From NCBI GenBank assembly GCA_018710785.1, contig DVJD01000089.1, positions 6,598 to 70,597 of the forward strand: 64,000 nucleotides of DNA, written 5' to 3'. Made by a program: the position numbers and the translations under genes. The first letter of the stretch is position 1. Each line of letters opens with the position of its first letter. The notes below the pieces were generated by a model. It saw only the letters and a list, made by a program, of their open reading frames with translations. It did not search any database and was not told where the DNA came from. The DNA is from Candidatus Fimimorpha excrementavium (GTDB taxonomy: Bacteria; Bacillota; Clostridia; Lachnospirales; Lachnospiraceae). Below are positions 34,822-42,965 of this stretch, piece by piece.

Positions 34822-36648
34822 ATGTGGACGAGAAAAAGCTTGAAAAGAGGTGCCAGAAGTTCGATTCATTTTAACTATCTTCGGATGGTTGCCATGTGTA
34901 TTATCATCGCATTTTTCACTGGTGAATCCGATAACATGCTTTCACTGGTGAGATTTAATACATGGAATATCAATCCGAACGCAGCAGTTAGAATGGAGAT
35001 TGAAAATATGCGGGGGAACACAGAGGAAGACCAGACAGAACAGGATAATCTTCAGGGAGAAGAGAGCTATTTGGGGGATGGCAGTCTTTCGGAAGAGAGT
35101 CCGTCTTCTAAAGAGGATGCCTCTTTAGAAGACATTGGTTCCGATGAAAATGCCGGGATCTATGGAAGCGCAGGATTCCATGAAAAATCCAATTCGCAGG
35201 TGGTGCGGGAGTTTTTGGCTCAGCTGGGGTACAGGGGATCCGAGACGCCTCAGTCGGCTGCGACAAAAGGGGTATTTGCAGCAGTGTTCAACAGCATCAC
35301 GGAGACCGGCTCCATTACCTTCGGAATTTTGAACATGGTCAACCAGATGCTGTTTCACGACAGCATCGGCGCCTCTTTTATCATCCTTTTTGGCGGTGCC
35401 ATCATTTTTCTTTACCGGATTTTTATCGGCAATATATTGGTAGTTGGAAAGAACCGTTTCTTTCTGGAGACGGTGACATATGAGCATGCGCCTGTCCATC
35501 GGATCCTTTTTATATACAAAGTAAAGCGTACAAGAAAAACGGCTTTGACCATGTTCATGAAAAACCTGTTTCAGACCCTGTGGATGTTTACCATAGTGGG
35601 TGGAATCTATAAATATTATTCTTATTATATGATTCCATACATTGTGGCGGAAAATCCGGATCTGCCCTTTAAAGAAGTTTTCCGGCTGTCCAAGCAGATG
35701 ACGAAGGGGCGCAAATGGAAAATATTTTTGTTTGACTTATCTTTCTTGGGATGGGAAATATTAAGTGTATTGACCGCCGGTTTGCTGAGTGTCTTTCTGG
35801 TGGTTCCCTATCGAAATGCTTCCAGGGCAGAACTGTACCGGGAACTTCGCGAAGAGACGATTCTTCTGAAAAAGCCGGGATACCGCGGACTGAATGACCG
35901 CTATCTGTTCCATGAACCGGAAAAAATTCCGGATGAGACACCGGCAGACAAGATCGATGCCGAACTTCGAATGGTGGAATACCCCACCCGCTTATTTCCT
36001 ATACCAGAGACAGAATGGCGTGACTGGATGGAGACCGATTACAACCGCAGCTATTCCCTGTTAAGCTATGTTCTTTTCTTTTTTGCTTTTGCCATGATCG
36101 GATGGTTTTGGGAAGTGGTCCTTCATATTATCCAGACCGGGGATATCGTCAACCGGGGAGTTTTGTACGGACCCTGGCTGCCCATCTACGGCTGCGGAGG
36201 CGTACTGATTTTGTTTTTTATGCGCCGCTTTGCCAAGCGGCCGGTGGTGACCTTTTTTCTGATTATCTTTGTGTGCGGTGTCTTGGAATATGGCACTGCA
36301 TGGGGGCTGGAAACCTTCCTGGGAACCAAATGGTGGGATTACAGCGGCTTTTTCCTGAACCTTCATGGAAGAATCTGCGCGGAAGGGCTGCTGATCTTTG
36401 GAGTCGGCGGCTGTGCGATCCTATATATCATAGCGCCGATTCTGGATGAGCTGTTTTCCAGAGTGCCGAAGAAAATCCGGACAATTGTGGCAGTGGTGCT
36501 CATCGTCTGCTTTGCGGCAGATACGGCATACTCCTTCCTTTGCCAGCCCAATACAGGAGAGGGTATAACGGAAGAGATGGAAGCGGATCCATTGGCGGAA
36601 TCGGGGATGATTTCAGAAACGTATGGAGCTGTGGAAAGCGGCCGGTAA
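34822..36648 (+). CDS. Fusion membrane protein: DUF975-like N-terminal part plus C-terminal 'putative ABC-transporter type IV' (PF06541-like) part
   Basis: KQMTKGRKWKIFLFDLSFLGWEIL...VPYRNASRAELY resembles DUF975. GWFWEVVLHIIQTGDIVNRGVLYGPWLPIYGCGG...WWDYS resembles PF06541. Acidic low-complexity insert near the N-terminus. Confidence 0.65.
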   Translation: MWTRKSLKRGARSSIHFNYLRMVAMCIIIAFFTGESDNMLSLVRFNTWNINPNAAVRMEIENMRGNTEEDQTEQDNLQGEESYLGDGSLSEESPSSKEDASLEDIGSDENAGIYGSAGFHEKSNSQVVREFLAQLGYRGSETPQSAATKGVFAAVFNSITETGSITFGILNMVNQMLFHDSIGASFIILFGGAIIFLYRIFIGNILVVGKNRFFLETVTYEHAPVHRILFIYKVKRTRKTALTMFMKNLFQTLWMFTIVGGIYKYYSYYMIPYIVAENPDLPFKEVFRLSKQMTKGRKWKIFLFDLSFLGWEILSVLTAGLLSVFLVVPYRNASRAELYRELREETILLKKPGYRGLNDRYLFHEPEKIPDETPADKIDAELRMVEYPTRLFPIPETEWRDWMETDYNRSYSLLSYVLFFFAFAMIGWFWEVVLHIIQTGDIVNRGVLYGPWLPIYGCGGVLILFFMRRFAKRPVVTFFLIIFVCGVLEYGTAWGLETFLGTKWWDYSGFFLNLHGRICAEGLLIFGVGGCAILYIIAPILDELFSRVPKKIRTIVAVVLIVCFAADTAYSFLCQPNTGEGITEEMEADPLAESGMISETYGAVESGR

Positions 36649-36719
36649 ATGGGAGTTATCAAAGAGAGGGAGTTAAAAGATTGTTTTCGATGAAGTGATA
36701 GGAGAGTATAACAGGTATG

Positions 36720-36749
36720 AGCCAGGCGAAAGTCTGGCTTTTGCTTTTG
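36720..36749 (+). terminator. Terminator after the fusion membrane protein gene
   Basis: AGCCAG-GCGAAAGT-CTGGCT, then TTTTGCTTTT. Confidence 0.65.
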
Positions 36750-36807
36750 TTCCATAGCAAAGTTATAGCCATATCTTTGTTCTCTATTTTGTTTATCTCT
36801 CTTGCTA

Positions 36808-37108
36808 TTAGAAATTCATCTTCTCTGTAAATGTATTTATTGTTTCCATGATTGCAGGATATGTAATTTCTTTTGCATATAAATTTTGTGCCTGATACCG
36901 TTTCCATAAATCCTGCAGAACGATTGATTTTTTCAACGCCAGCAGAATCCGTTCTGTGTTCTGTAGAACGGATAGGGAATCTCTTTTCTTTGCTGTGGCA
37001 AGAACCGCCTGTTTTAGAAGGTTCCAGTCTGCATTTTCCAGCATGGATTCCTTTCTCCTTTGCCAGATTGCGAATAGCACCTTTTAATTGTTCTGGTGTT
37101 TTTATCAT
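36808..37108 (-). pseudogene. Remnant of an AbiEii/AbiGii-family nucleotidyltransferase toxin (internal deletion plus frameshift)
   Basis: The N-terminal ~23 aa MIKTPEQLKGAIRNLAKEKGIHA (start 37108) are joined out of frame to a C-terminal-like segment ...LQDLWKRYQAQNLYAKEITYPAIMETINTF (ORF 36808..37080). The NTase core is absent. Confidence 0.6.
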
Positions 37109-37436
37109 AATATCTCCATATACTCTTGTACTTTTTCCTCAATGTGAAATTGCTTGGCGTATTCCATCAATCGGATATTATCACGCTCTTTGGAAGTAAA
37201 ATATCCTTTTACGGCTTGGGCAAAAACCTGCGGATCTGTTTTCTTGCGGCTTCGTATCATATCGCAGATACACCGTTCTCTATCATAGACCGTGATTTTT
37301 CCGCCCTGCGGTGAGATCATCTCCATCATTCCAATTTTTTTAGCTGTTCCCGGCGAATCCCTGCGTAGGTTATGTCTTTCGTATATAGATAGCCATTTTC
37401 TCTGACAAGTTTTCTTAAAGACTCTAAATTGGTCAT
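37105..37436 (-). pseudogene. Remnant of an AbiEi-family antitoxin/regulator (internal deletion)
   Basis: A 36-codon N-terminal piece MTNLESLRKLVRENGYLYTKDITYAGIRREQLKKLE (ATG 37436 after AAGGAGGTGA) ends at TGA 37326-37328. A 74-aa C-terminal piece ...GGKITVYDRERCICDMIRSRKK... runs in another frame. ATGA overlap with the toxin remnant. Confidence 0.6.
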
Positions 37437-37835
37437 AACATCACCTCCTTGGTCATAACTTGACACTATTACAATATAAAGTATCAAGTTTGTACACAAC
37501 CTTGCTGTTTTTATTATAGCTGATTTTTACAGATTCATACCTTGTAAATCTAGATAGAATATTTTTTCTTTGATCCGGTTTGCACTGGAGGTACTCAGGG
37601 GAAAATGAGAGCTATGTTTATGAAATATTTTTCAGGACAGCATTGGCAGCATAGCAGTATGAGATTACTGTCAGGAGAGATGCGATTGAGTATGAAAAAC
37701 TGATCAAATTAAACTGGAAACCAGAGACAGACCGGCGTTTTTGGAAAGAGGTGAAAATGAAATCATATTGAGAGGAATTTCTCATGCAGCATTCACGCAG
37801 CAAACGGATATTACAGCTGCAAAGACACCGCATGA

Positions 37836-38027
37836 TCAGGAGTCATATTTATATACCGAGGTGATGACTGGCTTCCCCTCCCTGTCCAGCAGCGGGGTCA
37901 TGCCGCCCGCATTTCCGCTGGTATGAAACAGATAATTGACGCCGGTTTCTCTGTCCACCCAGATTTCCATGACATTCAGGGCTCCCTGTGAATATACTCT
38001 TTCAAAACGATCGGATGTCTTTGCCAT
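37836..38027 (-). CDS. Small conserved hypothetical protein (63 aa, DUF6440-like)
   Basis: Own promoter on the minus strand (TTGACA, 17 nt, CATAAT), a 5' hairpin and RBS AGGGAGG. The motif VDRETGVNYLF...GNAGGMTPLLDREGKP is recalled from the DUF6440 family. Confidence 0.6.
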   Translation of the reverse strand: MAKTSDRFERVYSQGALNVMEIWVDRETGVNYLFHTSGNAGGMTPLLDREGKPVITSVYKYDS

Positions 38028-38184
38028 AGGATACCTCCCTATTTCTTTGATTCGCCGTCCGAATACCTGTCCGGCGAACAGGAACGATTTGCTTTTATTA
38101 TGGCATCCGCTGCAAGGGGTGTCAAGCTCTATTTTTCAGAACATGCGGTACAAGATCATAAAACCGTTTTGAGCCATTTTATGA

Positions 38185-39273
38185 TCACCGGACGTCGGGC
38201 TGCGGATCGGCTTTGCGGCGGCATAAAAGAAAGGCCAGGGTAGCAGCCGATACGGCGCCCGCTGCTTTGGCGGCGAGCAGGGAAGAGAGCAGGGAAGGAT
38301 CGGTACTCAGTGTAAAACCCACATGGGCAGCAAGGGTGGATGCGGCACAGACCACATAAGCGGCGTTGATCCGTTTTCCCAGGGGATCCATGTCTTTCAT
38401 CATGGCCAGCTGTGGGAGGACACTGACCGCGCCCACCAGCAGACCGACCATGCTGAAGGCATTGATGCCAAGTTTGGCGCCCAGCCACGCAAAAGGCCGA
38501 CGAAGGATTCTCTGCAGAAATTCGGCGGCGGGGAGACTTCCCAGCATGGTGATCCCGATGGATGCCACCACTGCCAGCGCGTCCTGGATGGGAGACAGAT
38601 TGGGGAGGATGGTTAGGCCGGTGAGGTAGGTGACTGCGCCGAGGACAAGGCCGATGGTGGTGATGGCCTTTAATCCGGCGGCAAACAGGGAAAACCCACG
38701 GATCATCCGGGCGGGAATCCGCTTCAGACCGATCCCCAGAAACAGGGAGAGAAAAAATACCGGAACATTCTGCCAAATGGCGTCCGAAAGAGACATTCCG
38801 CAGAGCATGGCACCGAGAACAAGCCCCAGAGGAAGCGTCACCAGGCCGATCATCAGCCCCTCCGCAAAAAAAGGACGGTCCTCCTTTTCAATGACGCCCA
38901 TGCCCACCGGAAGCGTAAACACCAGAGTACATCCAAACGTGGCAGCCACGATAATCCCGGCATAACTTCCCGCCAGGGGAGAAGATTCCAGAGACTTGGC
39001 CAGCTGATATCCCCCCATATCAATGGCCAGAAACCCGCCGAACATGGCAGGATCCATCCCGAAAAACTGAAACACCGGTACAATCAGCCTGCCAAGCGTA
39101 TCCGACAAAACAGGAACCAGACACATGATCCCCACCATGGACAAAGCCGTCGGCCCCATAAACAAAAACCCTTCCTCCAGCCGTTTTCCATATCCAAAGC
39201 GATTCCCAAGCAGCCGATCCACTCCCCCCAAAACCACTCCGGCCGCCAATAAAACCATAATCACCTGATTCAT
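38185..39273 (-). CDS. eutH: Ethanolamine utilisation protein EutH-family permease
   Basis: 362-aa polytopic protein. N-terminus VIMVLLAAGVVLGGVDRLLGNRFGYGKRLEEGF is typical of EutH. Confidence 0.85.
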   Translation of the reverse strand: MNQVIMVLLAAGVVLGGVDRLLGNRFGYGKRLEEGFLFMGPTALSMVGIMCLVPVLSDTLGRLIVPVFQFFGMDPAMFGGFLAIDMGGYQLAKSLESSPLAGSYAGIIVAATFGCTLVFTLPVGMGVIEKEDRPFFAEGLMIGLVTLPLGLVLGAMLCGMSLSDAIWQNVPVFFLSLFLGIGLKRIPARMIRGFSLFAAGLKAITTIGLVLGAVTYLTGLTILPNLSPIQDALAVVASIGITMLGSLPAAEFLQRILRRPFAWLGAKLGINAFSMVGLLVGAVSVLPQLAMMKDMDPLGKRINAAYVVCAASTLAAHVGFTLSTDPSLLSSLLAAKAAGAVSAATLAFLLCRRKADPQPDVR

Positions 39274-39463
39274 AACCTGTTACCAAAAACCATCCTTTCC
39301 ATCTTACTTCAACCAAGCCCCCACACGTCATCTCAATACTCGTTAAACCTCAAAATCCTGCAAACGATCCAAACTTCTCTCAGCCTGTCTCCAAACCATT
39401 TTGGCCCCCAAAGCAGCTATCTAAAAAAGCCCCCATATCTGACACCACGCAGTTCAATTCACA

Positions 39464-39616
39464 GGCAGAAGGAAACGCCCCTTCCCTCTGAAGGGTTTTG
39501 GAAACCGCCGGTGCTTGATTCTTTAAGCCCGTCAGGGCGAAAAAGAATCTTAGCACCGCTGCGCTTTCCACTAAGCGAAAGCGGCCCGCCAGAGGGAAGG
39601 GGCGTTTCCTTCTGCC
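39464..39616 (+). repeat. Long-hairpin repeat, copy D (153 bp)
   Basis: Perfect 27-bp terminal stem (39464-39490 with 39590-39616). Core homologous to copies A and C. Side hairpin GCGAAAGC. Confidence 0.85.
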
Positions 39617-39650
39617 GTCCGGACCGCCACAAACACATGCCTGGAATGCT

Positions 39651-41225
39651 TTACTTCAACCGAAACGTCCTCGGCGCATACCGATACACCAGATACAGTG
39701 CCAGTGCGATATACACAATGCAGAACACAATGGTAAGACTCGCAAACAAAAGCGTCGGCATCCGAAGCTGAATAAACAGATAGCAGACGATATACGTGGC
39801 CAAATTGGCCAGCGCATACGTATGGCTCTTCTGCTCCATATGAATGTCATAGGGCTGCAGCAGATAATACAGCACCAGATGATGCACCGAAAAGAATACG
39901 GACATGGCGAAGATGGACACAGGGAGCAAAAGATAATTGATCCACTGGTCGGTTCCGCCGCTTGCAGCCAGCAGGATGGGGAAGCCGAAGGCCAGCACAG
40001 AGGCAGGCAAGAGATTGATCCTGATCAAAACCTTCAGTCTGCTGCGAAACAGGCTTAAAACGGCTTGGGGCTGGCGGTAAAAGCGGTAGGCCAGCATACT
40101 GTGATCGCAGTTGAAAAACATGGCCTGGGTGATGACGCTGCCCCGGTTGATCAGATACATGATAAAGACAAAGTAAGGAAGCAGATTCATCATGATTTCA
40201 TTGACCGGAGCCGCCGCATCCGGCAGAACCAGCACGAGGACGATGGACATCGCCATGAGGCAGGCCAGGATGACGAAGAGACGCCGCGCGGACACGGTCA
40301 GCAGCTTTCGGTGGCGCTTTACGAAAAGATCGTTTAGATAGTCATAGCCGGATTGATTGCTGGTCACATCCAGGGTCAGACGGGACAGCGAATTTTGCTG
40401 CTGAAGGTTTGTCACCGTCTCCTGTGCATGGAACAGAATGTTATTCAATGTTAAGATGCCCTTGTAAATCTTCCGGTAGGAGGAGCTGCGAAGGAGAGAC
40501 GGGACGGAGACCGCTGCTGTGGTGAGAAACAGGAGCGTAAATACTGCCGCCATAAAACCGGGCAGAGTTACGGAAAAGGCGGGCAGCCCATAGCCCAGCA
40601 GGAGGGACAAAAGGATCATGATCCAGATCAGTTTTGTATTGGAGGAACCCGCCAAAAGTTTCCCGGTTTTTTCATAGTGCTTCAGATAGATCCCGGCCAG
40701 GGTGACTTTGGCAGCCACGGTCAGCACCGGCAGGAGAAGGCACACGAGCACAGAAGCGCCAGCCAGCCAACCGATGACCAGGGAGGCCGGAAGCATGGAG
40801 GCAAAGAGCGCAGCCAGATAAAAGGCATAATCGGACAGGGCGAACTGCCTCGGATCCATGCGCATCAGCACGACGGAATAGTATTTTTCCTTTGAGGCAT
40901 CGAACAGCTGCGTGTTCATGACCGCACCGGTCAGGGCAAACAGCAGGACAATATGGACATAATTGGCCGAAACATCTCCGGGCAGATACCGGGCCGGGAG
41001 GGCCGCCAGGATTCCGAGATACAGGAATTTCTTTAAAAATATGGCGACAAAGTCAAAGAGCAGGACACAGACGGTGACGCCGTTTTTCAGCGCGCGGTTT
41101 TTGTACCAGTCCGCCGAGATCAGCTTCTTTAAAACCGGAAGCTTTTTCAGCCGGTAGATGAAGGTATTGATTCCGTAGGCCAGGGAGAGGCGAAAGGAAG
41201 TGAGCAGGGTCTGAATCATGTTCAT
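39651..41225 (-). CDS. Large polytopic membrane protein, putative ABC exporter permease partner (524 aa)
   Basis: At least 10 hydrophobic segments. ATGA overlap with the upstream ATPase gene. Confidence 0.7.
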   Translation of the reverse strand: MNMIQTLLTSFRLSLAYGINTFIYRLKKLPVLKKLISADWYKNRALKNGVTVCVLLFDFVAIFLKKFLYLGILAALPARYLPGDVSANYVHIVLLFALTGAVMNTQLFDASKEKYYSVVLMRMDPRQFALSDYAFYLAALFASMLPASLVIGWLAGASVLVCLLLPVLTVAAKVTLAGIYLKHYEKTGKLLAGSSNTKLIWIMILLSLLLGYGLPAFSVTLPGFMAAVFTLLFLTTAAVSVPSLLRSSSYRKIYKGILTLNNILFHAQETVTNLQQQNSLSRLTLDVTSNQSGYDYLNDLFVKRHRKLLTVSARRLFVILACLMAMSIVLVLVLPDAAAPVNEIMMNLLPYFVFIMYLINRGSVITQAMFFNCDHSMLAYRFYRQPQAVLSLFRSRLKVLIRINLLPASVLAFGFPILLAASGGTDQWINYLLLPVSIFAMSVFFSVHHLVLYYLLQPYDIHMEQKSHTYALANLATYIVCYLFIQLRMPTLLFASLTIVFCIVYIALALYLVYRYAPRTFRLK

Positions 41226-41935
41226 ACGGCTGCCTCCTCCCCTTTTAGGGTGTCGATGATTTTGTTTTTAAAGTCCTCCTGATCCAGGTCATCCTTGGGG
41301 ATCTCCTGAAGGACGCCCTGATTCAGTATGACGATTTCATCGCACAAATCCAGGGCCAGTTCCATGATATGCGTAGAAAAAATCAGGATATGATCCTGTT
41401 TGATTTCCTTCAGCATACGCTTCATCTCATCGGCCACCACCACATCAAAGGAAGTCAGCGGTTCATCCAGAAGCAGGATGGAAGGGCTGGCTATGATATT
41501 GACCAGAAGCTGCATCTTATTTTTCATGCCGTGGGAGTAGTCCTTCATCAGCTTATCCCGGTCTTCCGGCTCGATTTTCATAAACGAAAACCAGTCGTCG
41601 ATGCTTTTATCCTGCCGGATCGTTCCTTTGTTGATGTCCATGAAAAATTTGATAAATTCCCTGCCGGTCAAAAATTCCGGTACAACCGGCGTGGCCAGCA
41701 CATAGCCGATGTCCCGGGAGACGATGGGGCGTGTCCGGCCGTCCTCCTCGATGTAAAAGGAGCCGCCGTCCACAGCCAGATCCTCATTGATGCAGTTAAA
41801 CAGTGTGGTCTTTCCGGCCCCGTTGCGGCCCAGCAGACCATAGATGTTCCCCTTTTCAAAGGTAAAGCTGGCTTTTTTCAATACCTCCTTATCCTCAAAT
41901 CGCTTTTCCATATCCTTCAGAACCAATTTCATCAT
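41222..41935 (-). CDS. ABC transporter ATP-binding protein (ABC-2 type)
   Basis: Walker A GRNGAGKTT, degenerate signature YSHGMKNK, Walker B LLLLDEP. Confidence 0.9.
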   Translation of the reverse strand: MMKLVLKDMEKRFEDKEVLKKASFTFEKGNIYGLLGRNGAGKTTLFNCINEDLAVDGGSFYIEEDGRTRPIVSRDIGYVLATPVVPEFLTGREFIKFFMDINKGTIRQDKSIDDWFSFMKIEPEDRDKLMKDYSHGMKNKMQLLVNIIASPSILLLDEPLTSFDVVVADEMKRMLKEIKQDHILIFSTHIMELALDLCDEIVILNQGVLQEIPKDDLDQEDFKNKIIDTLKGEEAAV

Positions 41936-42933
41936 GTTCCGGATCCCCCTTTATCTGTTTTCTGGTTCGCTTCACTTTGCTGCTTTAACTTTCGCTTCCG
42001 GCGGATCTCCTGCTGCTTTTCAAAGATCTTGGAGGCGGAAGCTTCATCGACGAGCTTTAAAATCTTGACGGCGAATACGCCGCTGTCATCATCGGCTTTT
42101 TTCATTCGGATTTTTCCCTTCAGCCATCCGTGTTCTGGGCAGTAGGAGAGAGAAAAATAGTGACGCCCGGCGCTGGAAAACCAGCGGATTTTTTTTCTGG
42201 CTGCGCGGCCGCACCGATAGCAGACCGTGCTGACGACATTTTTGTCCAGCATGGCGTCTTCCCTGGTGGGAAAGATGCGGGACACAAATTTGGAATACGT
42301 TTCAAATTTTAGATAGATTTCTTCCTTCCTGTCCCGGGGCGGCCGGTGATAGTCGATGGATACCATGGGAGAAAGGGCCTCCATATCCAATGCGTCCATA
42401 ACCATCCAGGTATAGTAGGCGTCCGAGAGCGCCCGGTGGAAGGCGCCGTCCTCCGGAAGCGCCAGGGCACCCACCGCATAATCCAGCGCGCGGCGGATTT
42501 TTCCGTCCTCAAAGGCCAGAGAATAGAGTTTCTGTATGTCATAGTAGAGGAGCGGATGGGGAAACGGATTTTCCAGCCCGTAAAAATCCACATTTCTCTG
42601 AAGCTCGGTCAGATCCATGGATCCCCAGGTACAGAAACGAAAATCACTGCCGCACCAGGAGATAAAGTCATTCCAAACTTCCAAAAAGGAACGGGCATGG
42701 ATGAGATCTTCCTCTGTGATTTTTACCACCTCGCGGATTCGTTCAAACAAATGGGGATGGACGACGGGACGAATCAATTCACTGAATTCTCCCAGGACAT
42801 TTCCAAGGGGATCCACCTTTACAGCCCCGATCTCTATGATTTCAAAGCGAAGCCCCGGCGGATCCGAAGCAGAAAGCTCCACCGGCTTTGCGCTGGCCTG
42901 GTTCCATTCCAGATCAAGTATGATATAATGCAT
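41932..42933 (-). CDS. DEDDh 3'-5' exonuclease-domain protein with C-terminal Cys/His cluster and basic tail
   Basis: ILDLEWNQ (Exo I), EIIEIGAVK, HRALSDAYYT (Exo III, H-x4-D). CYRCG...CPEH. K/R-rich C-terminus. Confidence 0.8.
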   Translation of the reverse strand: MHYIILDLEWNQASAKPVELSASDPPGLRFEIIEIGAVKVDPLGNVLGEFSELIRPVVHPHLFERIREVVKITEEDLIHARSFLEVWNDFISWCGSDFRFCTWGSMDLTELQRNVDFYGLENPFPHPLLYYDIQKLYSLAFEDGKIRRALDYAVGALALPEDGAFHRALSDAYYTWMVMDALDMEALSPMVSIDYHRPPRDRKEEIYLKFETYSKFVSRIFPTREDAMLDKNVVSTVCYRCGRAARKKIRWFSSAGRHYFSLSYCPEHGWLKGKIRMKKADDDSGVFAVKILKLVDEASASKIFEKQQEIRRKRKLKQQSEANQKTDKGGSGT

Positions 42934-42965
42934 GAGTTCCTCATTTCTGCTCTGATCCGTACCGT

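Noticed and set aside
36659-37836. Intact toxin-antitoxin or defence system, or a bounded mobile element, at the AbiE site.
   Set aside because: Both genes are interrupted and lack their functional cores. No integrase, transposase, att-like repeats or tRNA target adjoin it. I report it only as a remnant.
38156-38965. Arg/Pro-rich ORFs (38156..38776, 38323..38616, 38366..38629, 38630..38965) overlapping eutH.
   Set aside because: They are alternative-frame or antisense products of a GC-rich membrane-protein gene. The eutH frame gives a coherent polytopic protein.
39274-39650. Possible adenosylcobalamin riboswitch or ANTAR-type hairpins upstream of eutH.
   Set aside because: I read the minus-strand leader and found no B12-box-like core and no paired terminal-loop hairpins. 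The only strong structure is long-hairpin copy D, on the opposite sense.
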